DNA of 64,000 nucleotides from a virus (Duplodnaviria > Caudoviricetes). Location of the stretch: IMG/VR virus record IMGVR_UViG_3300010355_000588. One strand, given 5' to 3'. The notes below the pieces were generated by a model, which was given only the letters and a program-made list of their open reading frames with translations, was not told the DNA's origin and searched no databases. The position numbers were made by a program, and so were the translations under genes. Below, piece by piece: positions 11,146 through 20,912 of this stretch (positions are counted from its first letter, which is position 1; every line of letters begins with the position of its first letter).

Positions 11146-11817
11146 TCATACCTCTTTTTGTTCAATTTGATTTTGAGCATGCACAAACGGACGGATCAGA
11201 TTTTGTCCATCCTTTAGAATAGGAACAGCAATAGCCTTCTTATATGCTGCAAAGTTTCCAGCCCCTAGCCCAGACGAAGCGCCGATCTTGCTTTCTTCCA
11301 TCTGGCTTCTTAGACGCTTTTCCCAATATTCTGGTTGCTCATATTCCAATTGGCTATATGAGAATGGACCACCATTCTGTTGTTCTAGTTCGTCTAATAG
11401 CCGTTCGAATATAGTCAATTCCTTCATCTTTCCATTTATAGCCAATTCAATATCTTCAAGTTCCATATTCAGTTCTATCAGCTTCAGATCAAGATCAGCA
11501 TCGTCGTCAAAGTCAACAGACATTTGTGGATGGTCTATCTTGAATTGGATTCTATCTTGAGCTTTCTTTAGCTTTCTAGACACGCGTTCTTTATGTATCA
11601 GATCTTTCTTGAGCGACGTAAGCAACGCATAGCTATTATGAGCCAAATGGCGATATCTAGTGACCGGAGTGTGTTCGTCCAATCCGATGAACTTCTCAAT
11701 TTGAAATGAAGTTCTAGATTGGCTGAACTCCATCTCTCGTTCGTACATTTTTCTTACTTTTTCCTCGATCTTCGAGTAGTCGCCATTCTTCTCAAGAGAA
11801 CATGGTAATTTGGACAT
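11146..11817 (-). CDS. Coiled-coil phage protein, possibly a fibre assembly factor
   Basis: 223 aa with SFQIEKF...TP..RYR and EQPEYWEKRL..Q motifs; lies in the structural operon. Confidence 0.55.
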   Translation of the reverse strand: MSKLPCSLEKNGDYSKIEEKVRKMYEREMEFSQSRTSFQIEKFIGLDEHTPVTRYRHLAHNSYALLTSLKKDLIHKERVSRKLKKAQDRIQFKIDHPQMSVDFDDDADLDLKLIELNMELEDIELAINGKMKELTIFERLLDELEQQNGGPFSYSQLEYEQPEYWEKRLRSQMEESKIGASSGLGAGNFAAYKKAIAVPILKDGQNLIRPFVHAQNQIEQKEV

Positions 11818-11838
11818 GAACTATACCTTATCTTAATA

Positions 11839-12534
11839 TTAAACATCTAGGCCATCGCTTGACCATCTACTTATTGCATCGCTACTATCTTTTGGCGCCC
11901 AGAACGTCCCGTCGCCTTGGAACACCCACTTGAATTCGTCGTTATGCTTCACAAGAATAATTCTTGCAAAAGATCCATGGCAGTTGTCCGTTGAAGATTC
12001 TACCATCTGTGGATATGTTTCGTCTGGATCAGCATAATTCATCGAACCGAGAAAGTTGATGATATCTCCAGTGGTGTCGCGTTCTGAATATATGCGGCAT
12101 ACCTTAGTGCTAGCTGAAAGAGCACCTGCGTTGACTGCTGTAAAGGTATATGACTGTCCAATGTCGTCGTCGGTTAGATCTTCGTCAGCAGGCAATATGA
12201 CGATAGGACCATGAGTTCCACCATTATCAGTACCGACCATAAGAACAAATTTGCCAAAGTCATCAGTAGTTAGGCGCAGAACTTCGTCTGTCTCTACTGT
12301 AAGATTGCTCTCTGGTTTGAACGATTTAGTGGTTCCATATCCCTTCGAGACCTCAAGCAACTCTTCGACCTTCACTGCTAAACTATTATATAGTGACTTG
12401 TCATTGTTCAATAGCCGAACCAAACATCTATTGACTGTTTCGAACGTGATGAACTCGTTCTCGTAGACAATGATATTTTCTTGAGCATAATTTGGAAGTG
12501 CGTCGATGTTGGCCATTATGTGATTGTCTTCCAT
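11839..12534 (-). CDS. Baseplate/fibre-associated structural protein
   Basis: 231 aa; C-terminal beta domain resembles the C-terminus of the 699-aa fibre (LT..D.G...LP.....G....F...W...G.W). Confidence 0.5.
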   Translation of the reverse strand: MEDNHIMANIDALPNYAQENIIVYENEFITFETVNRCLVRLLNNDKSLYNSLAVKVEELLEVSKGYGTTKSFKPESNLTVETDEVLRLTTDDFGKFVLMVGTDNGGTHGPIVILPADEDLTDDDIGQSYTFTAVNAGALSASTKVCRIYSERDTTGDIINFLGSMNYADPDETYPQMVESSTDNCHGSFARIILVKHNDEFKWVFQGDGTFWAPKDSSDAISRWSSDGLDV

Positions 12535-15500
12535 TTACGGGTTTTATAGTCAAAAAATCTAAAATCTAACGTAATGCTTCCTTCTTCGATATTATTTACG
12601 AATACGAAGACATACGCTGTTCTAGAAGCATCTACGAACATTCCAACGTAATTTCCTATTCCACCTGGTATTTCAAGTGATCCAGGATATTTGTCTTCGT
12701 CGAAAGAGGTTCTAAAGAAATTCTTGTATATCTCATAATCCTGCTTGTTCAGACAATCATTGGAACCACCTTTATAGACCTCTTCGACCAATTCAGTTTG
12801 GAATATGTAGATCTTGTCGACATTTCCAGATATGGAATAGTCCTGCCCAATGACAATAAGATCTTCATTGACGCACCTGAAGTCATAACAATGGTTGACA
12901 GCCCACATTAGATTCTCAAACTGGCTATTGCCAATATTGAATTGCTGTAAGTTTGGATCTACTATTAGAAGCAACTCAGAATATTCGTTGGCTGGGTTGG
13001 TAGAAGTATCAGCATGCCATTGAGCTACCCTATATCCATCAGCAAGTCTAACCATGTCGTAGTAAGAATATGTCGAGCCTGAAATATTTCCAGCATAATG
13101 AGTAGAAGTTACTACGTCTGACCATTCTTCTTCGTCGCCTTTGATTAGAATATTGTTGTCTAGTAGCCAAGTCTGAGCATCCTCAAGCGATTCGACATTC
13201 TCGACAAATCCATAAGCCATTGGATATGGCAGTGGCCAATTTCTAATTCTAGTCCAGATTGTCCCAGGGACCAACAAATCGTAAGAAGTCTTATATAGCA
13301 TATGGCTGTTTCCAAATTGGTCGACATCATAAGCGGTTATCACCTTGCCATTGACGACCTCTTTATATGGATTTTCTCTCAGCCATGACGAATAATCCAT
13401 GCACATCTTATCATGGTCGTAGATCGTCTCTCCTGACAGGGCGACGATGTGGCTTCTGAAGAATTCCATCTTGTCCAGTTCTTCATCTGGGATGCTGTTC
13501 GTATAATTGATGAGCGACTTTATATGCTTATAATATCCAGACAATTCATTGTAGTCAGCTGGATCAGTTGTCTTCAGATAATCTCTTAGAACTGACTCGC
13601 CATTGAATGGACCTTCTCGATCCACATATTCGTTTTCCTGGAACTTGTAGTCGAGATTGTTCGATTCTTCAAACTTGGTCTGATATGCTGTAAATTCATG
13701 TCCATTGTACTTCCAAGAGTTCATCAGATTTCCACTAAGATCCACTAGACCATCGAGCGAATCGGTCATGGAGGTAGTGAGCGTCTGAAGGACTGTTGGA
13801 TATTTCAGATAGGCTTTCTCAACCAGATTCCAGATTAGCGGGGTGATAGCTATGGATGGATATACGGTGTTCTTGTGGTTGACCCAAGGAAGATCGCCAG
13901 AGGTCTGCCCTGAATATTTTCTATCTATCGGAGAAAGATCTACTGGAGAATTCACTAGATGGCTAGAAGGCACGTCCTGTCTTTGGTAGTTCCGATATTG
14001 AGCACATACCTGAGAGGTCAGATCTGGAATTATAGCATCTCGTTCATATCCACTGACAGCTGCCATCTTATCGAAGACAGTGCATAACAAACCATCGACG
14101 CCATCTAAGGTATCTTCTCCATATCTAACATCGTCTAGTCCAACATTTCTATAGAAGTCTCTAACGTCAGCCGAAGTATGTTCGGTGCTCAGCTTATATA
14201 GGAACATGTTCTCTGGATCCCAATATCTGACATTGCCACTTGTCTTTACTGGACCTAGCGACGAGTCAGGTCCATAGACGTCAGAGGTGACCATCGTGGT
14301 GGAAGATACTAGATTTCCATTGGTATCTATATAGACGACAGTGCTTGGAGATACGATATGGTCGATTATTCCAGTCTTATATGCCGTCTGTGCAGAGATA
14401 TTCATATATTCAGTCTTGTCGTAGTATTCGATAACTTCGACTGAAGATGCTGAGAGCTCTCTAATGGCGGGCATATAGGTGTTTAGGAATATTTCTGCAC
14501 TGATAGATTCAGTATATGATCTATTGGCAGTCGAATCGATTAAATCAGTGGTATCGCCAACATAGATGTTCCAATCAGTTGATTTGGAAAACTTTCTAAG
14601 CAACGTCTCCCCGAGAAGCTTTTCAACTGCCGCATGGCTGCCGAGCATGCTATATTTTTGGGACATGTTCTTGAGATTCTCGCGGTTCACATAGGCCTTC
14701 ATGCAGATATTGCGTAGAATCTTAGCTGATCTTCTAATCACGTCGCCAGACGTAGTCGAGTTGAAACAGATAGGCACGTCGAAGATAGAGTCCAAGAAAC
14801 CCAGATATTCTTGAGCTATGCCATATTTGTATATTTGATACTTGACGTCGTTGTTATCTTCGTATTTCTCAGGGTGGTCGATGTAATCTTGATCTATAGT
14901 AAGCCAACCTTCCATATTAGATCTGAATACTTGTTCGATAGTAGTGTCTAAGAAATAGATATAGTCTGACTTCCAAATAGCATTGGCAAAGGAATACTGA
15001 AGCCGGACATCGTCATAAGTATAATCGTCGGTCAGATCGTCGACGAAATGGTCTTGGTTCATCGTGTCGACAAACGCAGAAATGGACATGGTTTGGAAGT
15101 TAGTTACTAGATTGGACGACCATAAGGCACTGAGAACATCGTCATGCAGAAGCTTGTCATTGGCTAGAACCAGCGATGGATTGCACGAAAAGATGTTCAT
15201 GATATGGTCGAGATCGTGCGGATAATACATGTCGTAGGCGAACAGGTTATCCTGGTCCATTTCCTTAGACATGGAATATAGAGCATGCAGATTGCAAGTA
15301 TCGATATCCTTCAGGTTCTGGACGAAGTTGCTTATTCTTTCATATAGAAGTTCGCTAATCTTATCTGAACTATCCTGGATGACCTCCCAGAAGGTAGCAG
15401 CCTCAGCAGTCCATTCTTGGTTTCCAGCATATTCTTTGAGTTTGGCTGTAATGTCGAAGTCTTCGTTGACCTTATAGATTCTGAAGTCGTCCGGCAGTCC

Positions 15501-16247
15501 ATTCTCAAACGAGTGATAGATAATTTCAATGACATCTCCAGATCTGAGCATCCCGTCGAGACCTAGTTTGTTCCAGGCAATCGCATTTTCCAAGATCAGG
15601 TAGTCATATTCTGGAGATTGATATCCAGCTTTCTCGATGGTGAATTCCACCGCCCTATATCGGTTGACGACATTTGTCAGATTTATTCGCTTAGTCTGGA
15701 GCATTGTCGAATTGACGACGATCTGTTCCTTTACCTTCAGCTCGGCGTTCGTATATGGCATGGCAGAATATTCTACCACTAGCACGTCGCCTACTTCGAG
15801 CGCAGTAGACAGATCAGAAGCAGTCCAATAAATTCGAGTGCCAACTAGATTCCAGGTATAATCTACCAAGGGAATCTGAACCCCGCCTTTCCTGACATAC
15901 AATCCAATGCTGTCAGTATCTAGAGGGGTCTCTGGAAGATCGACATATCCATTTGAGATGTCTGAAGCGGTTAGAAGAGCTATGTAGTGATTTGAGACGT
16001 TGTTGGGTAGAACGGTTTCATCTTCTTCATAGTTTATCAGTACCGTGTGGCCGGCCAATATGTTGTTAGTGGCTAGGTTCCAATCGATGATTCGGCCATA
16101 CGCAGTGTAATCTATTCCATATATCCAAAATGGCTGTCCGCCAACAGCAACCTTTATAGTGGCAAGCTTCGGAGTTCTAGTCAATTCAAGTTGTTTTGCG
16201 GCAGCTTGACCTGCCGTCAGCTGAAAGACTTCGATGTAGTTTGTCAT
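12516..16247 (-). CDS. Large baseplate wedge protein (gp7-like) with three N-terminal Ig-like repeats
   Basis: 1243 aa. The ISNFVQNLKDIDTCNLHALYSM segment is typical of wedge proteins of large myophages. N-terminal G..Q...DY repeats are shared with 26803..29478. Late promoter at 16286-16293. Confidence 0.55.
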   Translation of the reverse strand: MTNYIEVFQLTAGQAAAKQLELTRTPKLATIKVAVGGQPFWIYGIDYTAYGRIIDWNLATNNILAGHTVLINYEEDETVLPNNVSNHYIALLTASDISNGYVDLPETPLDTDSIGLYVRKGGVQIPLVDYTWNLVGTRIYWTASDLSTALEVGDVLVVEYSAMPYTNAELKVKEQIVVNSTMLQTKRINLTNVVNRYRAVEFTIEKAGYQSPEYDYLILENAIAWNKLGLDGMLRSGDVIEIIYHSFENGLPDDFRIYKVNEDFDITAKLKEYAGNQEWTAEAATFWEVIQDSSDKISELLYERISNFVQNLKDIDTCNLHALYSMSKEMDQDNLFAYDMYYPHDLDHIMNIFSCNPSLVLANDKLLHDDVLSALWSSNLVTNFQTMSISAFVDTMNQDHFVDDLTDDYTYDDVRLQYSFANAIWKSDYIYFLDTTIEQVFRSNMEGWLTIDQDYIDHPEKYEDNNDVKYQIYKYGIAQEYLGFLDSIFDVPICFNSTTSGDVIRRSAKILRNICMKAYVNRENLKNMSQKYSMLGSHAAVEKLLGETLLRKFSKSTDWNIYVGDTTDLIDSTANRSYTESISAEIFLNTYMPAIRELSASSVEVIEYYDKTEYMNISAQTAYKTGIIDHIVSPSTVVYIDTNGNLVSSTTMVTSDVYGPDSSLGPVKTSGNVRYWDPENMFLYKLSTEHTSADVRDFYRNVGLDDVRYGEDTLDGVDGLLCTVFDKMAAVSGYERDAIIPDLTSQVCAQYRNYQRQDVPSSHLVNSPVDLSPIDRKYSGQTSGDLPWVNHKNTVYPSIAITPLIWNLVEKAYLKYPTVLQTLTTSMTDSLDGLVDLSGNLMNSWKYNGHEFTAYQTKFEESNNLDYKFQENEYVDREGPFNGESVLRDYLKTTDPADYNELSGYYKHIKSLINYTNSIPDEELDKMEFFRSHIVALSGETIYDHDKMCMDYSSWLRENPYKEVVNGKVITAYDVDQFGNSHMLYKTSYDLLVPGTIWTRIRNWPLPYPMAYGFVENVESLEDAQTWLLDNNILIKGDEEEWSDVVTSTHYAGNISGSTYSYYDMVRLADGYRVAQWHADTSTNPANEYSELLLIVDPNLQQFNIGNSQFENLMWAVNHCYDFRCVNEDLIVIGQDYSISGNVDKIYIFQTELVEEVYKGGSNDCLNKQDYEIYKNFFRTSFDEDKYPGSLEIPGGIGNYVGMFVDASRTAYVFVFVNNIEEGSITLDFRFFDYKTRKWKTIT

Positions 16248-16301
16248 CTAACTGTAGTTTCCTTAGGATGAATAATCTATAGACTTATTTATCTAAGGAG
16301 C

Positions 16302-16334
16302 AAAAAGAAAAGGCCTTCCCACGTCAGGAAGACC
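16302..16334 (-). terminator. Rho-independent terminator closing the early island
   Basis: Minus strand GGTCTTCC-TGACGTG-GGAAGGCC followed by TTTTCTTTTT. Confidence 0.8.
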
Positions 16335-16357
16335 CAGAGATTGGACAGATTGGGTTT

Positions 16358-16561
16358 TTAGCTACATGGAAGAAGAAACTTCACTGACTTTCCACACCAA
16401 TGGCATCTCACGTGAACTTCGAGAAGAGTAGAATCGCCATCTTTCTGAGATGAGACCTCAATGACGTTGCCACAATTTTTACATTCTTTCTTGCGAGTTT
16501 TGGCATGCTCCTTCCCAAAATCGTACATATTATCATCCATATTGTCAAGTTCATCAATCAT
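16358..16561 (-). CDS. Small Zn-ribbon protein
   Basis: AAGGAG RBS, then MIDELDNM...CKNC...CHWC (67 aa). Start re-assigned from the 123-aa ORF. Confidence 0.65.
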   Translation of the reverse strand: MIDELDNMDDNMYDFGKEHAKTRKKECKNCGNVIEVSSQKDGDSTLLEVHVRCHWCGKSVKFLLPCS

Positions 16562-16574
16562 TTCTCGATCTCCT

Positions 16575-16823
16575 TCATTTGATAAGAGGCGCCATTTCAG
16601 AAGCGTGATAATAGACGTTGTGCAGTCCATCAGCATGACCGTGATCCCAGGCGAGGGCGAACAACATGTCCCGCTTGGGGCTGTCTTCGATTCCAAGATC
16701 CTTGTAGAGGTCGGTTTTAAACTTTTCATGCAGGCGACTTTCTTCTTCGTACCATTCTTTCCGTTCTTTTGAATTGATAGCTTTATACGGTTTGGTATTT
16801 TTGTAGTCGTCGAAGTTCAACAT
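16575..16823 (-). CDS. Hypothetical early protein
   Basis: 82 aa with an AAGGAG RBS; AWDHGH motif. Confidence 0.7.
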   Translation of the reverse strand: MLNFDDYKNTKPYKAINSKERKEWYEEESRLHEKFKTDLYKDLGIEDSPKRDMLFALAWDHGHADGLHNVYYHASEMAPLIK

Positions 16824-16835
16824 TATTAGTCTCCT

Positions 16836-17072
16836 TTATTGCAGGTTAGACGTCCCATCGACATAATCTCCAAGATCGATTTCCATGGATTCAGCTGTCA
16901 TTTCATTATTTTCATACTTGGAATAAGCACAGACCGTCATGCGAATATCTTCTCCACGTTCATTCCCATAGTTAATAAAGTGGTTGTCAGCAGAAATTAC
17001 AGCGTCATGCTTCTTCAGAAGTTCCTTTAGTTCGTTCAAAAATTCGATTTCACGTGCATTCAGGTTTTTCAT
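16836..17072 (-). CDS. Hypothetical early protein
   Basis: Directly behind promoter-RBS cassette copy 1; ATG at 17072 (MKNLNARE). Confidence 0.7.
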   Translation of the reverse strand: MKNLNAREIEFLNELKELLKKHDAVISADNHFINYGNERGEDIRMTVCAYSKYENNEMTAESMEIDLGDYVDGTSNLQ

Positions 17073-17075
17073 CGT

Positions 17076-17156
17076 CAATCTCCTTTAGTTATTTCAGCAT
17101 AGTATATAATACAACCGAAAGGAGGATTTGTCAACAGGTTTAGCAAAAAAACCTCT
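17076..17156 (-). promoter_or_regulatory. Sigma70-type early promoter plus RBS cassette, copy 1
   Basis: TTGACA-17 nt-TATTAT, then ATACTATGCTGAAATAACTAAAGGAGA; T-tract UP element upstream. Confidence 0.85.
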
Positions 17157-17382
17157 ACAATTTTTCATCAAAAATACCGTCGTCGCATTCATCTGCTTCT
17201 TCACCATCTACTTGAATCCATCCATTTGAAAAAGCCAACTGGTTGTTAGATGCTATCAAAGCCACCAAAACCCACCAACCAGAATGCCCAAGAAAGAATA
17301 CAGCGTAACCAAACAAACCCCATACTATAGCCTGGTAGCAGACAGAATAAATCATGTACATCGTAAATGCTTTATCGCTCAT
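17155..17382 (-). CDS. Small membrane protein
   Basis: 75 aa with two hydrophobic segments, an acidic tail and an AAGGAG RBS. Confidence 0.65.
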   Translation of the reverse strand: MSDKAFTMYMIYSVCYQAIVWGLFGYAVFFLGHSGWWVLVALIASNNQLAFSNGWIQVDGEEADECDDGIFDEKL

Positions 17383-17394
17383 TTTGAGTCTCCT

Positions 17395-18309
17395 TTAGTT
17401 GGCATGGTTTCTATTTACTTTGATTTCTACCCACTCACCAGTGTCTGTTGACAAATATGATGGAACAAATAAAAAATCATCCGTATCTTCGATGGAAACA
17501 TAACTAAGTGGAGTTGACTGCAGTAGATAATGTTGAAGAATCCCGTAGTCAGATCCAACGTTTATCCCACCAGAAAAGCAATTCTTCTTTCCAGATACGT
17601 TCTGTCCAACGGTACGGTTGTGGGTATGGCCGCAGATGACCCAGTCGAAGTCGAACCCCTTCAAGAAGTTTTCGCAGCCACTGTAGACAGTATATGGATT
17701 GTGTTGGAATGGCCAGACATTCAGTTCGGCGCATGGCACATGGTGGGTGACCAAGACCAGTTCTTTCTTCTGTCGTTCGCTTTTTGTCATCTTGGCCGTA
17801 TAGCCAGCATATTCGTTCTTGATCTTAAGAGCGCAAAGCTCATGATATGTCTTCCAATCTTTGCCAAAGCCCTTGATAAGTTTGTCCGACCAGGTTCCAT
17901 CGGCAAAGTCCTCGACCTTCTGACCTGGGTTGTGCTTCAGCAGCGATCCATCGAAGAACAACGCATTTCCAAAGAAGACCATGTCGCCAAATTCTACACG
18001 GCCAACGATATCTAAGTAATGCACGTGATATTTGTCTGGCTGATATTTTCTGATGTAGAAGCCAATGGTTTCTTCGTAGGTGCGGTTATAGAACTCATGG
18101 TTGCCAAGCGTACAGACAGCTGGAATACCTTGGAACAGCTCAGCTAAATCCTTATATGGACTTAGAACATTGCTTTCGTGGATGTCTCCAGAGCATACGA
18201 TTAGCTCTGGCTTCAGGGTGTCCAGCAACTTGGCGATTTCTTTGTCCTGCCACCGATTGCTTTTCTTGGTAGCTGAGCGATGCAGGTCTGACAGACACAG
18301 AATTTTCAT
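17395..18309 (-). CDS. Calcineurin-like metallophosphoesterase
   Basis: SDLH, SGDI, LGNHE, THH and GHTH motifs. Confidence 0.9.
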   Translation of the reverse strand: MKILCLSDLHRSATKKSNRWQDKEIAKLLDTLKPELIVCSGDIHESNVLSPYKDLAELFQGIPAVCTLGNHEFYNRTYEETIGFYIRKYQPDKYHVHYLDIVGRVEFGDMVFFGNALFFDGSLLKHNPGQKVEDFADGTWSDKLIKGFGKDWKTYHELCALKIKNEYAGYTAKMTKSERQKKELVLVTHHVPCAELNVWPFQHNPYTVYSGCENFLKGFDFDWVICGHTHNRTVGQNVSGKKNCFSGGINVGSDYGILQHYLLQSTPLSYVSIEDTDDFLFVPSYLSTDTGEWVEIKVNRNHAN

Positions 18310-18713
18310 TTAGCTTTGTCCTTTCTAAATAAATAAATAATGTTACTATATAAATTGAAAGATAGAAGATGAAGTTTGAAAATAAAATCCAAAGCATATT
18401 GAATGAAACAGCATATGCTGGTAGTTCAGGGGAAAAATTAAAAGTTATAGTAGATTTAACCCGTCCAAAGGATGGCCCGGTTGACATGCAAAAACTAATG
18501 AAAGACATTGATTTTTCTAAGAAGTATGGCTTGATTTTAGATAAAAGATCAAATCTAACTAATCCAGAAAAAGCTGTCTTTATATTCGATAACAGTTTAG
18601 AAATAAAGAAAGCATTTCTATCAGTATTATATATGAATGGGTTTACTGACGTAGACATAAAAAAATACGTTCATTTTGGCTCATATTAATTTTCATTTAG
18701 CTTTGTCCTTTCT
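18301..18713. mobile_element. Inserted single-gene cassette bounded by perfect 26-bp direct repeats
   Basis: AATTTTCATTTAGCTTTGTCCTTTCT at 18301-18326 and 18688-18713. Confidence 0.75.
18369..18689 (+). CDS. Putative internal head protein (MKF leader), antisense to the surrounding operon
   Basis: MKFENKIQSILNE-TA; AATAAATA late-promoter motifs at 18328-18339. Confidence 0.7.
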   Translation: MKFENKIQSILNETAYAGSSGEKLKVIVDLTRPKDGPVDMQKLMKDIDFSKKYGLILDKRSNLTNPEKAVFIFDNSLEIKKAFLSVLYMNGFTDVDIKKYVHFGSY

Positions 18714-19442
18714 GAACGAATATTTGTCATATCCCTTAGAAGCGGCGAGCACCTTGTCGCCACCTACGGGAACCGCTACTTCCTTTTCCTTAGCCAGGTT
18801 GTTGCCAAGGTACATGTCGATCTCTTGAGAAGCTTGATATGGATTCACCATCCTATAGAATTCGAAGTCCTTCAGACATGGATTCGTAATGAATCTGACA
18901 CATGAATTGCTATATCTGTTATTAGCCTTAGAAATCCGAATGTTTTTCCTGGCGAGCAAGAAGACCGGCGTATCGAATTCCTGGAACAGCTTAGTGGCTG
19001 GGACCTCTGACAGCTTCGAGAACATTTCCATAATCCTTGTCTTATATCCACTATAGAAGAATCCATCTTTGATCTCATCCAAGATTTCTTCGTGGTCGTA
19101 GATATGCCTGGTCTCTTCAAACACATTCCTAAGTATATAGTTTTTTGCGTGCACTTTAATGACTGGATACAATTTGCCACAAAATCCAAGGAAGAATCCC
19201 TCTTCGTCTTTGTCTACATCATGGATGGATCCATCCTTAGCAACATAATGTTTGTCATGGCCGTTACTATTAGAGGTTCTACCTAAGAACTGGTGGATCA
19301 GCTCTAGATCGATTCCATTGTAGCGCTTCTTCTGATCTAGAATAAGATCAGTTTCCTCAGACTTTCTGAGATAAGTAAGTCTATTGTCGGTGAAATCTAC
19401 CGTCCCGTCGTAGTAGTCTTTGAAGTCAGATATGATTTTCAT
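18693..19442 (-). CDS. Conserved-type hypothetical phage protein
   Basis: 249 aa, MKIISDFKDYYD...GFCGKLYP...GYDKYSFRK; ATGA-coupled to the upstream gene. Confidence 0.75.
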   Translation of the reverse strand: MKIISDFKDYYDGTVDFTDNRLTYLRKSEETDLILDQKKRYNGIDLELIHQFLGRTSNSNGHDKHYVAKDGSIHDVDKDEEGFFLGFCGKLYPVIKVHAKNYILRNVFEETRHIYDHEEILDEIKDGFFYSGYKTRIMEMFSKLSEVPATKLFQEFDTPVFLLARKNIRISKANNRYSNSCVRFITNPCLKDFEFYRMVNPYQASQEIDMYLGNNLAKEKEVAVPVGGDKVLAASKGYDKYSFRKDKAK

Positions 19443-19801
19443 TTTATCATCGATTCTTTTCTAGCAATGTTTTCAAGACACTCAACCATATAATCAGCAT
19501 CATGCTCAGCATATCTATAATGACTATAGAACGGCGAATGCTGTGGCCATGGCATGCAATTCTTGCCTCGATATTCTGGTTCTTCCCAAGCGTTGTCGTA
19601 ATTGTATCCACGTCTCTTCATCTCGTCCATGACTTCGCAGTGATAGACATATAGATAGATTGGATCGTATTTGAAGACATAGTCTACAGTAGAGTGCTTT
19701 CTACCCCATCCATTTCCACGAAGAGCACAACACTCTCGGTGTTGGCCAAGGATCCGCTGGTTGGAAAGATCACCAAGCATGTCTACGTGCCAGAGCCTCA
19801 T
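19439..19801 (-). CDS. TIGR02328-type protein (pyrimidine-dimer glycosylase/endonuclease V-like family)
   Basis: MRLWH...LGQHRECCALRGNGWGRKHSTVDYVF...EMKRRGY signature; start re-assigned to ATG 19801. Confidence 0.8.
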   Translation of the reverse strand: MRLWHVDMLGDLSNQRILGQHRECCALRGNGWGRKHSTVDYVFKYDPIYLYVYHCEVMDEMKRRGYNYDNAWEEPEYRGKNCMPWPQHSPFYSHYRYAEHDADYMVECLENIARKESMIK

Positions 19802-19802
19802 T

Positions 19803-20096
19803 TCAGTTTTCCTTTCTTTTAATATAACGGTCATATGCATGTCTTACAGAAGATGCTGATACCTCTCTTCCATGGACATGATATACCACAGAAGCTACGT
19901 ATTTCCAACCTTTCCAGGTAGCCGTAGTGTTGACACACAGATATACGGTATTAAGCATTCCATTTGTCCATCTTGTCCTTCTTTTTTTCTTATATGCTTT
20001 CAAACAATCCAAGCTAGCAAAGTTACTTTTGAGATGATCTACCATAGAAATTATCTTTTTTCCACAATATGGACATTTTTCAGTAAAATGGTTCAT
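19803..20096 (-). CDS. Hypothetical Zn-finger-like early protein
   Basis: 97 aa, CPYC...H...C, basic; AAGGA RBS. Confidence 0.5.
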   Translation of the reverse strand: MNHFTEKCPYCGKKIISMVDHLKSNFASLDCLKAYKKKRRTRWTNGMLNTVYLCVNTTATWKGWKYVASVVYHVHGREVSASSVRHAYDRYIKRKEN

Positions 20097-20127
20097 CGTC
20101 AGTTTCCTTAGTTATATTATGTCAAGC

Positions 20128-20286
20128 TTAAACCCCAAATGGAACGTCATCTTTATCTTCCACAGAAATCCAAACATGGCCAATAATGGCACGGCTTCCC
20201 CATTGAGTCATAATCTGCTTGCCGATTTTTCCAAGATTTCCATATAATAGGATTCCATTTTCCAATTTTGTATAAATCGTTTTCAT
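20128..20286 (-). CDS. Small early protein (52 aa, below the ORF-track cutoff)
   Basis: Hand-translated as MKTIYTKLENGILLYGNLGKIGKQIMTQWGSRAIIGHVWISVEDKDDVPFGV, directly behind cassette copy 2. Confidence 0.65.
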   Translation of the reverse strand: MKTIYTKLENGILLYGNLGKIGKQIMTQWGSRAIIGHVWISVEDKDDVPFGV

Positions 20287-20290
20287 TTTT

Positions 20291-20370
20291 CAATCTCCTT
20301 TAGTTATTTCAGTATAGTATATAATACAACAAGTATTCGGTTTTGTCAATAGGTTTAACAAAAAATCTCT
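20291..20370 (-). promoter_or_regulatory. Sigma70-type early promoter plus RBS cassette, copy 2
   Basis: TTGACA-17 nt-TATTAT...AAAGGAGA; 57 bp (20293-20349) identical to copy 3. Confidence 0.85.
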
Positions 20371-20902
20371 ATTTATTTTTAATATTTTCAATAAACACTT
20401 CAAAATGGTCCCTACCATAACCAAGCGTATGAGTTACTTTTCTGGCATGTTCTTTTATTCGCTCTTTGTTATAGCTTTTGATATAATCTTCCATATTAGA
20501 AAGCATCCACTCTCCATGATATCTAATGCTAGATCCGCCTAGATGATGCCAAAGCATTCCATTATGTTCAAACACATGTGGCCGTCTCATCTTCACGTAA
20601 TATTGATTTGTTTCTATATATGCTTCTCGTTCAGCACCTGTCATGGATAGGTAATTTTCTTCCCATTGCTTCTGTATCTTTTCATTCTTCCAAACCACAT
20701 GATTGCCATCGGTGAATTTTTCACATAATTCATGACGTTCTGGCACGAAGATAGACTTATAAATCAAAAACTTCTCAACAGTCTTTTCTGGGAATGCATA
20801 AATTCCGTATCTGGCTGGTGGAGAGTGGAATGTCCCTTTGCCTGAACTATCATAACCTTTTTGCTTAACGGGATTCAAACCACCCCATCTAATAAAGCGC
20901 AT
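20369..20902 (-). CDS. Hypothetical early protein
   Basis: 177 aa, MRFIRWGGL...FHSPPARYGIYAFP...LWHHL...DHFEVFIE. Confidence 0.75.
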   Translation of the reverse strand: MRFIRWGGLNPVKQKGYDSSGKGTFHSPPARYGIYAFPEKTVEKFLIYKSIFVPERHELCEKFTDGNHVVWKNEKIQKQWEENYLSMTGAEREAYIETNQYYVKMRRPHVFEHNGMLWHHLGGSSIRYHGEWMLSNMEDYIKSYNKERIKEHARKVTHTLGYGRDHFEVFIENIKNK

Positions 20903-20912
20903 TTGTCAATTC

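Noticed and set aside
18152-18658. 168-aa minus-strand ORF spanning the cassette
   Set aside because: It is antisense to the leader-bearing gene and crosses the repeat junction out of frame with the phosphoesterase. The plus-strand gene has the promoter and leader support.
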